DNA of 64,000 nt from contig PWJZ01000047.1 of the NCBI GenBank assembly GCA_003559855.1, positions 32,876-96,875 of the forward strand, in the 5' to 3' direction. Made by a program: the position numbers and the translations under genes. The first letter of the stretch is position 1, and the number at the start of each line of letters is the position of its first letter. The notes beneath the pieces are model-generated. The model searched no databases. It had not been told where the DNA came from and was given only the letters and a program-made list of their open reading frames with translations. This stretch comes from Bacteroidales bacterium. GTDB taxonomy: Bacteria; Bacteroidota; Bacteroidia; Bacteroidales; UBA7960. Of the stretch, positions 1 to 9,582 are shown piece by piece.

Positions 1-874
1 CATCCACAACAGTATCAGCAACTACTATAAGTTTATTTTCACTCTTTCGTATCTGTCTTTTTGGTTGAAAATAATCATTTCCCCCGGGTTTAAAGATGTT
101 CCATTGTTCGCCATCATAAAAATACAAAGTATCGTTTACATGTTCATCATGAGTTACGGTAAGATTAGCAAAAATATAGCCTGAAAATGAGGTTATAAAA
201 TTGTAATCGCCCGTAACGACCGGCACGTCGTCCATTTGCGACCAATAGTTGTAATCGGCAAGATTGGGCGCATCAACATCGGCTTTAAAAATTCCTCCTT
301 CGGTAGCCGCATAAATATATTCTTCAGTAAAAAGCAAATCATTAACATATATTTGGCTGCCTTCCGGCCCTATATAGTAGGTGTCGCGAATTGTACGGTC
401 TTCAAGATTAATATTAACAATGCCAAAGCCTGTAGCCAGATAAGCCGTCTCATTTTCAGCGATTACTTTATTTATTCTTTTACTGCCGATGATTGCAGCA
501 TTTTTTATATCGGGGATATTATATACTATTCGGTTTTGCTTCAGGTCAATATTTCCATTTTCGTATGCAATAAACAGAAGATCTTTTTCCGGAATGTTTA
601 TAATCTCCGATATTCCAAAATCGGAAAGCCCGTGTACTTTATTGAAACGCTCCACACTGTTGTCAGACCTGTTATATATTACCAATCCGTAGGGATTTGC
701 CCCTATCAATTGACCGGGTCTTTCGACCAGGCTGACTATTGTGTTGTTTGGTAAATGATGGCGCCAGTTGCCTATCGGGACTCCCTGTGCAAGAATGCTT
801 TCGGAAACAAAAGCAAAAGAGAGCAATAACAGACAAACACTAAAGAAATGATTTACGGATAACCTGCAAGACAC
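1..874 (-). CDS. secreted beta-propeller protein, PorZ-like / two-component-regulator-propeller family (N-terminal part only; 3' end lies beyond window start)
   Basis: The minus-strand frame stays open through position 1, so it is absent from the ORF track. My translation from GTG at 874 reads VSCRLSVNHFFSVCLLLLSFAFVSESILAQGVPIGNWRHHLPNNTIVSLVE... This is a signal peptide followed by the G-x-W-R-x-H-L-P motif I associate with Bacteroidota PorZ-type propeller proteins. The + ORF 236..754 is its antisense shadow. Confidence 0.5.
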   Translation of the reverse strand, partial: MSCRLSVNHFFSVCLLLLSFAFVSESILAQGVPIGNWRHHLPNNTIVSLVERPGQLIGANPYGLVIYNRSDNSVERFNKVHGLSDFGISEIINIPEKDLLFIAYENGNIDLKQNRIVYNIPDIKNAAIIGSKRINKVIAENETAYLATGFGIVNINLEDRTIRDTYYIGPEGSQIYVNDLLFTEEYIYAATEGGIFKADVDAPNLADYNYWSQMDDVPVVTGDYNFITSFSGYIFANLTVTHDEHVNDTLYFYDGEQWNIFKPGGNDYFQPKRQIRKSENKLIVVADTVVD

Positions 875-1269
875 AGCAATTTTTTTTTATAATTTATGAT
901 TGCAAAATTAATCAAACTTGAATTTTTTATTCGAAAATATTAAATAATAAACTTTTAAATGAACCATGGGCTTCATACTGATGCCACCACCTTACAAATA
1001 ATATGAATTTATCGTTTAATAAACCCCGACAGCACCGTTCCTGCATAAAACACATATTTTAAAACGTCTTCACAAGAGGAAAAGTATAATCGTGTAAAAA
1101 ACACCTCATTATAGTATATTCGGTTAATCATTATCAATTATACTGTTAAGGAGCAATTGCCGACAAAAGCATTATCATCTGGTCTAAAAAATTATCCAAA
1201 TTAATGCTGACTATTGAATATTTGTTTAAATTAGCGGTCATTAGCATTGCATTAACAAACAGTTAAAAC

Positions 1270-1983
1270 ATGGCACAATACAAGCGTATACTATTAAAGC
1301 TAAGCGGGGAGTCATTACGTGGCAAAAGCCCAAACGGGATAGACCCAAATATTGTAGAAAGTTATGCAAGGGAGATATTACCGCTTTTTAAAGCGGGTGT
1401 TCAGATTGCCATTGTAATTGGCGGCGGCAACATATTCAGGGGCATTGAAGGTTATTCAAAAGGTTTTGACAGGGTTCAGGGCGATTATATGGGCATGTTG
1501 GCAACCGTGATCAACGGTATGGCAATGCAATCTGTTTTTGAGCGGTATAATATGCCGGCAAATATTTTATCGGGAATCGAAATAACCCCGGTATGTGACA
1601 AGATGAGCGGCAGGCATGCCATTGAGCTTCTTGAACAGGGTAAAGTGGTAATAATCACCGGTGGCACAGGAAATCCCTTTTTTACAACCGACACCGCTGC
1701 GGCCCTTACAGCCGTCGAAATCAAATCTGATGTCATCCTTAAAGGTACCAGAGTTGACGGAGTCTATTGCGACGATCCCGAAAAAAATCCCGAAGCCTCC
1801 AAATTTGAAACAATATCTTTTAATGATGTATATAAGAAAAAACTAAAAGTCATGGATATGACTGCCTTCACCATTTGCCACGAAAACAACATGCCAATTA
1901 TAGTTTTCAATATGAATAAGAAAAACAATCTATCAAAAATAGTGATTGAAGGTAAAAACGTAGGAACTATAGTCAAAAACTGA
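1270..1983 (+). CDS. pyrH: UMP kinase
   Basis: KRILLKLSGESL N-terminus and GGGNIFRG motif; full length 237 aa; followed by frr as in most bacteria. Confidence 0.95.
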   Translation: MAQYKRILLKLSGESLRGKSPNGIDPNIVESYAREILPLFKAGVQIAIVIGGGNIFRGIEGYSKGFDRVQGDYMGMLATVINGMAMQSVFERYNMPANILSGIEITPVCDKMSGRHAIELLEQGKVVIITGGTGNPFFTTDTAAALTAVEIKSDVILKGTRVDGVYCDDPEKNPEASKFETISFNDVYKKKLKVMDMTAFTICHENNMPIIVFNMNKKNNLSKIVIEGKNVGTIVKN

Positions 1984-2079
1984 GCCTGTTAAAGCCTGAA
2001 GTCCTGATAAAGTTCTTTTAACATACTGGCTAACATTAAAAAAATAAATAAAATTATCGAATATATTTTTTAAAAATTA

Positions 2080-2087
2080 TATATTTG
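2080..2087 (+). promoter_or_regulatory. candidate sigma-A -7 box (TATATTTG) upstream of frr
   Basis: Exact match to the Bacteroidota TAnnTTTG -7 consensus, about 220 nt upstream of the frr ATG. No clear -33 TTTG partner was found. Confidence 0.3.
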
Positions 2088-2309
2088 TTTCAATTGTCAG
2101 TCAAGGATTTATGTTCGTAAGATTATTATAATTACCGAAAGTCATAAATTCTTTGTAAATATTGAACACCGATCAATGTTCCGTTAAGGAAGATATAAAA
2201 GATAATGTTTGACAATAGAAAGCCACAGAAGCCATGGTTTCATTTGAAATATATACGATAAACTGTTTTTTTTTATAATCAGGGGGTAACATAATAAATT
2301 TTATCAATT

Positions 2310-2873
2310 ATGAATAATGATATTGACAAATTATTTGCGGAAGCAGAAGAAAAGATGGGCAATGCTATTTCACATTTTACCCGCGAGCTTTCGAAGATCC
2401 GTGCCGGCAAAGCCACACCGGGGATGCTTGATAGTGTGATGGTTGAGTATTACGGTACTATGACACCTCTTTCTCAGGTTTCGAATATCAATACGCCGGA
2501 TGCCCGAACCATAGTAATACAGCCCTGGGAAAAAAGCATGCTTGGGATGATCGAAAAAGCAATACTGGCTGCCAATCTTGGTTTTAACCCACAAAATGAC
2601 GGTGTAGTAATTCGTGTTATTGTTCCGCCATTGACAGAAGAGCGACGTAAAGACCTGATGAAACAAGTTCGCTCTGAGGGTGAATCCACTAAAGTAAGCA
2701 TCCGTAACGTGAGAAGGGATGCCATAGATTCTGCCAAGAAACTTGAAAAAAAAGGCGTACCTGAAGATAATGTGAAAGCTTTCGAGAAAGAGATCCAGGA
2801 ACTGACCAACAAGTTCACTGAGGAAGTTGACAACTTGTTGAAAATCAAGGAAGAGGACATAATTAATATTTGA
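2310..2873 (+). CDS. frr: ribosome recycling factor
   Basis: 187 aa; RAGKATPGMLD...VEYYG...PLTEERRKDL pattern typical of Frr. Confidence 0.95.
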   Translation: MNNDIDKLFAEAEEKMGNAISHFTRELSKIRAGKATPGMLDSVMVEYYGTMTPLSQVSNINTPDARTIVIQPWEKSMLGMIEKAILAANLGFNPQNDGVVIRVIVPPLTEERRKDLMKQVRSEGESTKVSIRNVRRDAIDSAKKLEKKGVPEDNVKAFEKEIQELTNKFTEEVDNLLKIKEEDIINI

Positions 2874-3010
2874 ATTCTCTCGAATTGCCCGTATGATTGT
2901 TTTTTGTACGACTGGCAGATTAGTCAGGGGCATCAGTATCTTTTTAACGGTACAGTCTGCATTTTTCATTTTTTTAATGTTTAAGGCCGTACTTATAAAA
3001 ATCATAATTC

Positions 3011-3445
3011 ATGGAAGTTAAGATCATAAATCATTCTGCTAATCCTTTACCTGCTTATGAAACTGATTTATCTGCCGGTATGGATTTACGTGCGAATCTG
3101 AAAGATGAGTTTACCTTGCAGCCTATGGAAAGAGATCTTGTGCCGACCGGCATTTACATTGAGCTGCCTGCCGGTTTTGAAGCACAAATACGACCACGCA
3201 GCGGCCTGGCCTGCAAATACGGTGTCACCGTACTTAATACTCCGGGTACGATAGATGCGGATTACCGGGGAGAGATAAAGGTAATTATGGTAAACCTTTC
3301 CAAAAAACCATATGTTATCAGAAACGGTGACCGTATTGCGCAAATGGTAATTTCAAAACATGAACGGGCAAAACTTGATCTTGTTGAAAAGCTGGATACT
3401 ACAAAAAGAGGTACCGGTGGCTTCGGTCATACAGGATCAGAGTAA
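3011..3445 (+). CDS. dut: dUTP diphosphatase
   Basis: 144 aa; [30 protein letters not shown] and C-terminal [10 protein letters not shown] motifs. Confidence 0.95.
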   Translation: MEVKIINHSANPLPAYETDLSAGMDLRANLKDEFTLQPMERDLVPTGIYIELPAGFEAQIRPRSGLACKYGVTVLNTPGTIDADYRGEIKVIMVNLSKKPYVIRNGDRIAQMVISKHERAKLDLVEKLDTTKRGTGGFGHTGSE

Positions 3446-3672
3446 AGAATCAGAATTGAACGGCAAAAGCTATGAACATAATTAAGGGTGCCTTAAGCAT
3501 GCCGCGTAAGTAAACCCGGCAGGGTGACATGCGATATTTGAGACATCATCCGGTAAAATGAAAAATTGCCGTGCAACAGTCGCTGCTTTTTCCCTGAAAA
3601 CTGTTAAGCAAGCGGCTAAAAGCATCGACGGTACATACATAAAAACCTGTCAACCAAAAAACAATTATCTTT

Positions 3673-3914
3673 GAAACCCTTATTCACTAGCGATCACAAG
3701 AGTGGATGAACTTAGCTGAGCGGTCTCACAAGCAATGTGAGTAACCGGTCTTCGCGTTAATAAGGTAAACGAAGAGGTAATAAAGTACGAATGTTCAATG
3801 GATTAAAAACGAAAATGTTAATTTAAAAATATATATTATCGGCAATCAAAACTTTAAAATACATTTGATAAGAATAAATCCTTTGATTTAAAAACAACAC
3901 AAAAAAGATCCCTC
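3673..3914 (+). promoter_or_regulatory. intergenic cassette copy A (conserved 5' block GAAACCCTTATTCACT..., conserved 3' promoter block with TACATTTG at 3860..3867)
   Basis: Paralogous to 26963..27332 and 28249..28498 (see findings). The 3' block carries an exact TAnnTTTG -7 box 47 nt upstream of the ATG at 3915. Confidence 0.5.
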
Positions 3915-4916
3915 ATGAATATTATCATACCCATGGCGGGCATAGGCAAGCGAATGCGGCCACACACGCTTACCATACCAAAACCTTTAATACCCGTAGC
4001 AGGTAAGCCTATCGTTGAAAGGCTGGTAGCCGGTATCGCAAAAATCGTGACTGAAAAAATTGATCAGATTGCTTTTGTAACCGGCAATTTTGGAGAGCAT
4101 GTCGAAAAGAACCTTTTAAATATAGCAGCCAAATATGGTGCAACAGGCAAAATTTATTATCAAAAAAAAGCTTTGGGAACAGCTCATGCAGTACTCTGTG
4201 CTGAACCGGCCCTCACAGGTAAAGTGATCGTGGCATTTTCTGATACTTTGTTTGACGCCGACTTTAAGATTGAAAAAGATAAAGAAGCAACTATCCTGGT
4301 ACACCATGTTGATAACCCCGAAATTTTCGGCGTTGTTAAAACCAATTCAAAAGGTTTTATCACAAATTTTTATGAAAAACCGAAAACTTTTGTCTCAAAT
4401 CTGGCTATCATAGGAATATATTATTTCAAACATGGGGAACAGCTTAAAAATGAACTGCAATATCTGACAGAAAATAAAATAATAAAAAACAAAGAATACC
4501 AGATCACTGATGCCCTGGAGAATATGAAAGAAAAAGGAGTACGGTTCTTCACCAATAAAGTGCGTGAATGGTTCGACTGTGGCAATAAAGATGCAACCAT
4601 TAATGCCAATAAAAAAATACTGGATCTCACGCAAAATGAAGATCTTATTGATCCTTCATCCGTTTACCGGAATACATCGTTAATAGAGCCGTGCTATATC
4701 GGAAAAAACGTTTCTATTGAAGATTCCGTTATAGGTCCTTACGTATCAATCGGAAACGACACTTCAATAAAACGATGCATCATAAGCAATTCCATTATTC
4801 AAAACCAAACACGTTTGAATTCCATAATAATAGACAATGCCATGATCGGCAACCATGTTGATCTTTCAGGAAAAGCAACCGATACGAATATAGGCGATTA
4901 TTCAACCTGGAAATAA
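3915..4916 (+). CDS. sugar-phosphate nucleotidyltransferase with C-terminal left-handed beta-helix region
   Basis: N-terminal IIPMAGIGKRMRPHTLTIPKPLIPVAGKPIV nucleotidyltransferase signature. The C-terminus has isoleucine-rich hexapeptide-like repeats. Confidence 0.8.
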   Translation: MNIIIPMAGIGKRMRPHTLTIPKPLIPVAGKPIVERLVAGIAKIVTEKIDQIAFVTGNFGEHVEKNLLNIAAKYGATGKIYYQKKALGTAHAVLCAEPALTGKVIVAFSDTLFDADFKIEKDKEATILVHHVDNPEIFGVVKTNSKGFITNFYEKPKTFVSNLAIIGIYYFKHGEQLKNELQYLTENKIIKNKEYQITDALENMKEKGVRFFTNKVREWFDCGNKDATINANKKILDLTQNEDLIDPSSVYRNTSLIEPCYIGKNVSIEDSVIGPYVSIGNDTSIKRCIISNSIIQNQTRLNSIIIDNAMIGNHVDLSGKATDTNIGDYSTWK

Positions 4917-5069
4917 AAATGTTAACATTTTTTGTAACTTTAAATTGCATTTATATAGTCATGTTTTAATAACTTTAATACCCTGTATTACGTTATCATA
5001 ACACATAACAATTTCCGGGGGTTGTTTTAAAAAGGCCTTTTGGAACAGACATAATAACAACTACAACAT

Positions 5070-6821
5070 ATGAACACTTATTTAAAAATCCTGGTTTTTC
5101 TTATAACTGTTTTTATTTTCAATGTATTTACCGGTTGCAAGAGCATAAAAGAAGCTCCTGTTGACAAGGCAGACATTGATAAAATAGAGTTATCCGAAAG
5201 AGACAAGTTAAAGAGCACTGTTTTATTAATTGATGCTTCAAAGGAGAAGATGATTGGCAACCTTCAGAAAGCGGCGTCTCTTTATTCCGGGGCATTGGCA
5301 AAAAACCCCAAAAACGCAGCGGCAGCTTTTGAACTGGCTAAAATTTATGCCGGAAGCGACCACTATGATGAAGCTTTAAAGTATGCTAAAAAAGCAACAA
5401 ATATTGAGCCCGAAAATCAACATTACCTGATGTTGCTGGCTGATATATACGTTTTGAAAAATCAACTTGATCAAGCCCTGAAAATTCAGGAAAATATAGC
5501 CGAACTCTATCCGGACGACATTTCAACGCATTTTAATCTGATCAGCACGTATATATATCTTGATAAATATTATAAAGTAACAGAGGTTTTTGACCATATT
5601 GAATCGCTTACAGGATTTTCTGATGAACTGAGCATTGAAAAAATTCAACTGTTTATTGAAATGGGTTTATATGACGAAGCTGTCAAGGAAGCCAAAAAAC
5701 TTATTTCATATTTTCCTGAAGAGCCGCTTTACCTTGAATATCTGGCTGAGGTATATAGCGAAACAGGCCAGCAGGAAAAAGCTATAGAATTATATCGCGA
5801 TATTGTTGAAAAAGATCCTGAAAATGCTTTGGCACGGCTTCATTTGGCTGAATATTACAGGCAGGAAGGAGAAATGCAAAAGTCCTTTGAAGAGCTTAAA
5901 AAAGCTTTCAAAAGCCCGCAGCTTCAAATGGAAAGCAAAGGACGAATAATGTATGCATTTTACAGCTTATCTGAAGATAACCCGGAATACCTAAAACAAG
6001 CACTTGAGCTAATGGACATTCTGATAGAAATGTACCCTGAAGAAGCTGAAATGTATGCCATGTATGGGGATTTTCTTTTCAGGGAAGAAGAGTATGAAAA
6101 AGCACGTGAAAAATTTGTGATGTCGGCAAAACTTGATCCTAACCAATATGCCGTTTGGGAACAGATTTTGTATATTTCTTCACAACTTGAAGATTATGAT
6201 TTCATGATCAAATACTCTGAAAAAGCATTGGAACACTTTTTTGAACAACCGGTAATATATTATTTCAACGGTATAGCACATTATCAGACAGACAATTATG
6301 AAAAAGCCGTAATGGCCTTTGAAAATGGGGTTGAGCTTGTTGTAGACAATAATCTTTTAAAGGGGCAGTTTTATACCTTGATGGGCGATTCCTATTATTA
6401 TCTTGATAAACCTGATAAATCAGACCGGTCGTACGAAAAAGCGCTTGAAATAGACCCTGAAAATACTATTGCACTTAACAATTACAGCTATTTTCTTTCG
6501 TTGCGTAATGAAAACCTCGAACTTGCAAAAGAAATGTCGGAAAAAGCCAACAAGCTGGAAAAAAACAACTCCGCATACCTTGACACATACGGTTGGATAA
6601 TGTATAAAATGGGTAAATATGAAGAAGCTGAAAAATGGATAAAAAAAGCTATAAAAAACTCGGGTGATGACAGTGCAGCTATACTCGAACATTATGGTGA
6701 TGTGCTTTACAAGCTGGGACAGAAAAACGAAGCATTGAATTACTGGAAAAAAGCGGATAAAACAGGTAACGGATCCGATTTTCTTGAGAAAAAATTGAAA
6801 TATGAGACATTATATGAATAA
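5070..6821 (+). CDS. tetratricopeptide-repeat lipoprotein
   Basis: Lipoprotein-type signal (LITVFIFNVFTGC) followed by many TPR-like A/Y/L-periodic repeats over 583 aa. Confidence 0.75.
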   Translation: MNTYLKILVFLITVFIFNVFTGCKSIKEAPVDKADIDKIELSERDKLKSTVLLIDASKEKMIGNLQKAASLYSGALAKNPKNAAAAFELAKIYAGSDHYDEALKYAKKATNIEPENQHYLMLLADIYVLKNQLDQALKIQENIAELYPDDISTHFNLISTYIYLDKYYKVTEVFDHIESLTGFSDELSIEKIQLFIEMGLYDEAVKEAKKLISYFPEEPLYLEYLAEVYSETGQQEKAIELYRDIVEKDPENALARLHLAEYYRQEGEMQKSFEELKKAFKSPQLQMESKGRIMYAFYSLSEDNPEYLKQALELMDILIEMYPEEAEMYAMYGDFLFREEEYEKAREKFVMSAKLDPNQYAVWEQILYISSQLEDYDFMIKYSEKALEHFFEQPVIYYFNGIAHYQTDNYEKAVMAFENGVELVVDNNLLKGQFYTLMGDSYYYLDKPDKSDRSYEKALEIDPENTIALNNYSYFLSLRNENLELAKEMSEKANKLEKNNSAYLDTYGWIMYKMGKYEEAEKWIKKAIKNSGDDSAAILEHYGDVLYKLGQKNEALNYWKKADKTGNGSDFLEKKLKYETLYE

Positions 6822-7650
6822 CAGACGGATAGTTTCATACGAAATAATTATTTGGGTTTTAATTCCATTGCTTATGATTTTAGCGGAAGGATGCCGTCCG
6901 GTGAAGGAAATGAAGCCCGTACATGAAATACCCTATTACGAGCCGGAAACAATAATAAAACACCTTAAAAGTAATCAGTCTGAATTTGACTGGTTTGCGG
7001 CAAGATTTACCGGAAATATCATATTTGAGGGTCAGCATCACAATATAAGCGGAACGATAAGGATAAAAAAGGATGAAGCAATCTATGTTTCGTTGTCGCC
7101 GGTGCTTGGTATAGAGATAGCCAGGGCAATAATTACTCCCGATACTGTAAAATTTTTGAACCGTCTCGAATCGAGTTATTACGTTGGTCATATAGGTTTT
7201 TTGAATTCCATGCTGCGTACTTCTCTTGATTACGATATGCTTCAGGCATTACTTGTAGGAAATGATTTTTCAAATTACAGCACGGGCTCTTTTATCTCCC
7301 GCGAAGACCAGGGATTGATAATGCTTAATGACACGGCAAGGCAATCTTTGTATAATCCTTACGGGCACCACCCAATGATCTTCAACCAATATCTATGGAT
7401 CGATCCGGATAATCATAAGATCAGAAAAAATCTGATTACTGAAAAATCGGCTGATCGCTCAATAAGAGCAGAATATGGAAGCTTTCGACAGATACAGGGT
7501 GAAAAGATACCTACAACATTAAATCTGTTGATCTCAGATCCTGCTTATTATGCGGATCTGTCGTTACAATATCTGAGAATTTCATTAAACGAACCGCAAC
7601 GAATGAACTTTACGGTACCTTCCAGGTACGAACCTATAGAATTCGAATAA
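6802..7650 (+). CDS. envelope lipoprotein, DUF4292-like
   Basis: Signal plus Cys (LLMILAEGC). It sits between the TPR protein and the M23 protein, as I recall for DUF4292 genes in Bacteroidota; the family name is from memory, not a search. An alternative start at ATG 6814 gives an ATGAATAA overlap with the upstream stop. Confidence 0.55.
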   Translation: MRHYMNNRRIVSYEIIIWVLIPLLMILAEGCRPVKEMKPVHEIPYYEPETIIKHLKSNQSEFDWFAARFTGNIIFEGQHHNISGTIRIKKDEAIYVSLSPVLGIEIARAIITPDTVKFLNRLESSYYVGHIGFLNSMLRTSLDYDMLQALLVGNDFSNYSTGSFISREDQGLIMLNDTARQSLYNPYGHHPMIFNQYLWIDPDNHKIRKNLITEKSADRSIRAEYGSFRQIQGEKIPTTLNLLISDPAYYADLSLQYLRISLNEPQRMNFTVPSRYEPIEFE

Positions 7651-7659
7651 ACACATCCT

Positions 7660-8916
7660 ATGGGTATGGTTAAAAATATTTTTGGCTATAACATATTCCT
7701 CAACAGACACATTCTGTTGTGGCTTTTTGCAACAGCAACTGTTGTTGCAACAGGGCAAACCCGCGAATCGCTTGAAAGAGAGCGTCAAAGAATTCAGGAA
7801 GAGATTAGCCTCACAAGTCAAATGCTGGAGGAAACCAAAAAGTCTGCCGAAATAAGCCTTAACCAGCTGGTTATACTAAACAATCAAATTATTCAGAGAG
7901 AAGAGCTTTTAAGAAACATCCGCAATAAAATAACATTTATAAACAGACGGATCAATGTTCTTACCAAAGAAACGGAAAATTTAAACCATGAGCTGGAAGA
8001 GCTGAAAAATTCATATGCGAATATGATACGTCATACATACAAGAACCGTGATGCAAATCACCGGCTGAAGTTTATATTTTCATCCCAGGATTTTAACCAG
8101 GCATACATGCGCATGAAGTACATGCAACAATATGCACATCACCGGAAATTACAGGCTGAGAAGATTCAAAAAGCAACTGAAAAGCTGGAAATGCAGATTT
8201 CGGAGCTGGAAGAAAATAAAAACCAGCAGCAAGAGCTTTTGGCCGAACACAGGAAAGAGATTCAAAATATCTCTCGCGAAAAGGAAGAACAAAATCAAAC
8301 CGTACAAGCTTTGCGCAACAAAGAACAATCTCTGTTGAATCAGCTGCAACAGCATGAAAAAGAAGCTGAAGAGCTTTCCAGGGCAATACAAAAGATCATT
8401 GAAGAAGAAAGAAGGAGAGCGGCGGAAAAAGCCAGGGCTGAGGGAAGAGTAGCACCAACAACGGTTTTTGAACTAACCCCTGAAGAACAAATCATTTCCG
8501 ACAATTTTTACGAAAATAAAGGCAGTCTTCCCTGGCCGTCGGAAAGGGGAATTATAACCCGCCCGTTTGGTGAACAGCCACATCCGGTGCTGCCTAATAT
8601 CCGCATATCTAACGATGGGATCAATATTTCAACTACTGAAGGCGCTAAAGCAAGAGCCGTCTTTGAAGGAATTGTCGTCAGGGTGTTTTCAGTACCAGGA
8701 GGAAACAATGCCGTAATTATAAGACATGGTGAATATTTGTCTGTATATTCAAACCTGTCGGAAGTTAACGTGCGCAACGGGCAAAAAGTATATACACGTC
8801 AGGAAATAGGTGTCATAAGTACCGACCCGCGTGATATGAAAACCGAACTGCATCTGCAAATATGGAAAGGAACGCAAAAACTTAACCCCTCCGAATGGAT
8901 AGCTGGAAGACAATAA
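7660..8916 (+). CDS. EnvC-like murein hydrolase activator (coiled coil plus degenerate M23/LytM domain)
   Basis: About 250 aa of E/K/Q-rich coiled coil followed by a LytM-type C-terminus. The metal-ligand positions read NDGIN and YSNL instead of HxxxD and HxH. Confidence 0.8.
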   Translation: MGMVKNIFGYNIFLNRHILLWLFATATVVATGQTRESLERERQRIQEEISLTSQMLEETKKSAEISLNQLVILNNQIIQREELLRNIRNKITFINRRINVLTKETENLNHELEELKNSYANMIRHTYKNRDANHRLKFIFSSQDFNQAYMRMKYMQQYAHHRKLQAEKIQKATEKLEMQISELEENKNQQQELLAEHRKEIQNISREKEEQNQTVQALRNKEQSLLNQLQQHEKEAEELSRAIQKIIEEERRRAAEKARAEGRVAPTTVFELTPEEQIISDNFYENKGSLPWPSERGIITRPFGEQPHPVLPNIRISNDGINISTTEGAKARAVFEGIVVRVFSVPGGNNAVIIRHGEYLSVYSNLSEVNVRNGQKVYTRQEIGVISTDPRDMKTELHLQIWKGTQKLNPSEWIAGRQ

Positions 8917-9069
8917 TGATTATCTCTTATCAAAATAACTCATTACGGAAAATAAGAAAAATATTTATAGTGCCCGAAAAACAACTTTTGATTAATGCTT
9001 TTTGAATTAAAAAGCCGTTATTCAAATCTCAACAGACACTTTTTTGGTGAGTTTCTTATTTAAAAGTTA

Positions 9070-9077
9070 TAAATTTG
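9070..9077 (+). promoter_or_regulatory. candidate sigma-A -7 box (TAAATTTG) upstream of tatA
   Basis: Exact TAnnTTTG match about 225 nt upstream of the tatA ATG. Confidence 0.3.
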
Positions 9078-9300
9078 CATATAATAAAATTCATTTTCAT
9101 TTGCCATTCTCATGCAAAACAATGAATCGGCGAATGGACATAGCGACTCATAACATCATACTGTTAAATGTCATGCCGTTGAGTTATATGGAACAAAATA
9201 TCGCACAAATCGTAAAAGTATTCAATAAATTGAGCGATTTGGTGAACAGCTGATTTGAGTTAAAATAAATAATTAAACATATTTTCAAAAACTGAAGAAT

Positions 9301-9516
9301 ATGATCATTTTACCATTGATTGGCATGCCGGGACCTACAGAAATTATCATTATCCTGGTAATTGTATTGCTTCTTTTCGGAGGTCGGAAAATTCCTGAAC
9401 TAATGCGTGGTTTGGGAAAGGGGATGAAAGAATTCAAAGATGCTCAAAAAGATGCCGACGATAAAGGGATACAAGCAGAAAAAGAAGATACAAAAAAGAG
9501 CGATGATTCAAATTAA
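9301..9516 (+). CDS. tatA: twin-arginine translocase subunit TatA/E
   Basis: 71 aa. Single TM segment ([13 protein letters not shown]), then the [20 protein letters not shown] amphipathic helix. Confidence 0.9.
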   Translation: MIILPLIGMPGPTEIIIILVIVLLLFGGRKIPELMRGLGKGMKEFKDAQKDADDKGIQAEKEDTKKSDDSN

Positions 9517-9582
9517 CACTCTATTGTTATTTGTTTAAGCTTAAATTATTTAAGAACAACAAAGAATTAACAGCATATTACT

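Noticed and set aside
236-754. 172-aa + strand ORF (and nested 489..692)
   Set aside because: It is the antisense shadow of the PorZ-like minus-strand gene. The composition is Ile/Phe/Asn/Tyr-rich and low-complexity, it starts with TTG, and it has no motif.
2370-3005. 211-aa minus-strand ORF overlapping frr. Similar long antisense ORFs occur at 15872..16465, 23632..24150, 35549..36004, 57784..58206 and 45146..45469.
   Set aside because: Each lies fully antisense to a confidently identified gene. They are typical stop-poor antisense frames of AT-rich coding DNA, and none has a recognisable domain.
3482-3640. 52-aa minus-strand ORF (MYVPSMLLAACLTVFREKAATVARQFF...) in the somewhat GC-richer 227-nt spacer after dut
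   Set aside because: It is below any reasonable length or compositional support, has no promoter or partner gene, and may be chance. I also failed to find RNase P, SRP, tmRNA or cobalamin/TPP riboswitch signatures in this spacer.
3744-3780. Local resemblance of copy A (GAGTAACCGGTCTTCGCGTTAATAAGG) to the THF-I riboswitch core (GAGUAG..UCGCGUUAAGUG)
   Set aside because: The resemblance is present only in copy A. The complementary GCGCG strand and pseudoknot partners of the THF fold are absent. THF-I is a Firmicutes class, and the downstream gene is not folate-related.
9044-9253. 69-aa ORF upstream of tatA
   Set aside because: It has a TTG start, overlaps the candidate tatA promoter box, and has an odd composition with no motif. 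It is more likely untranslated leader.
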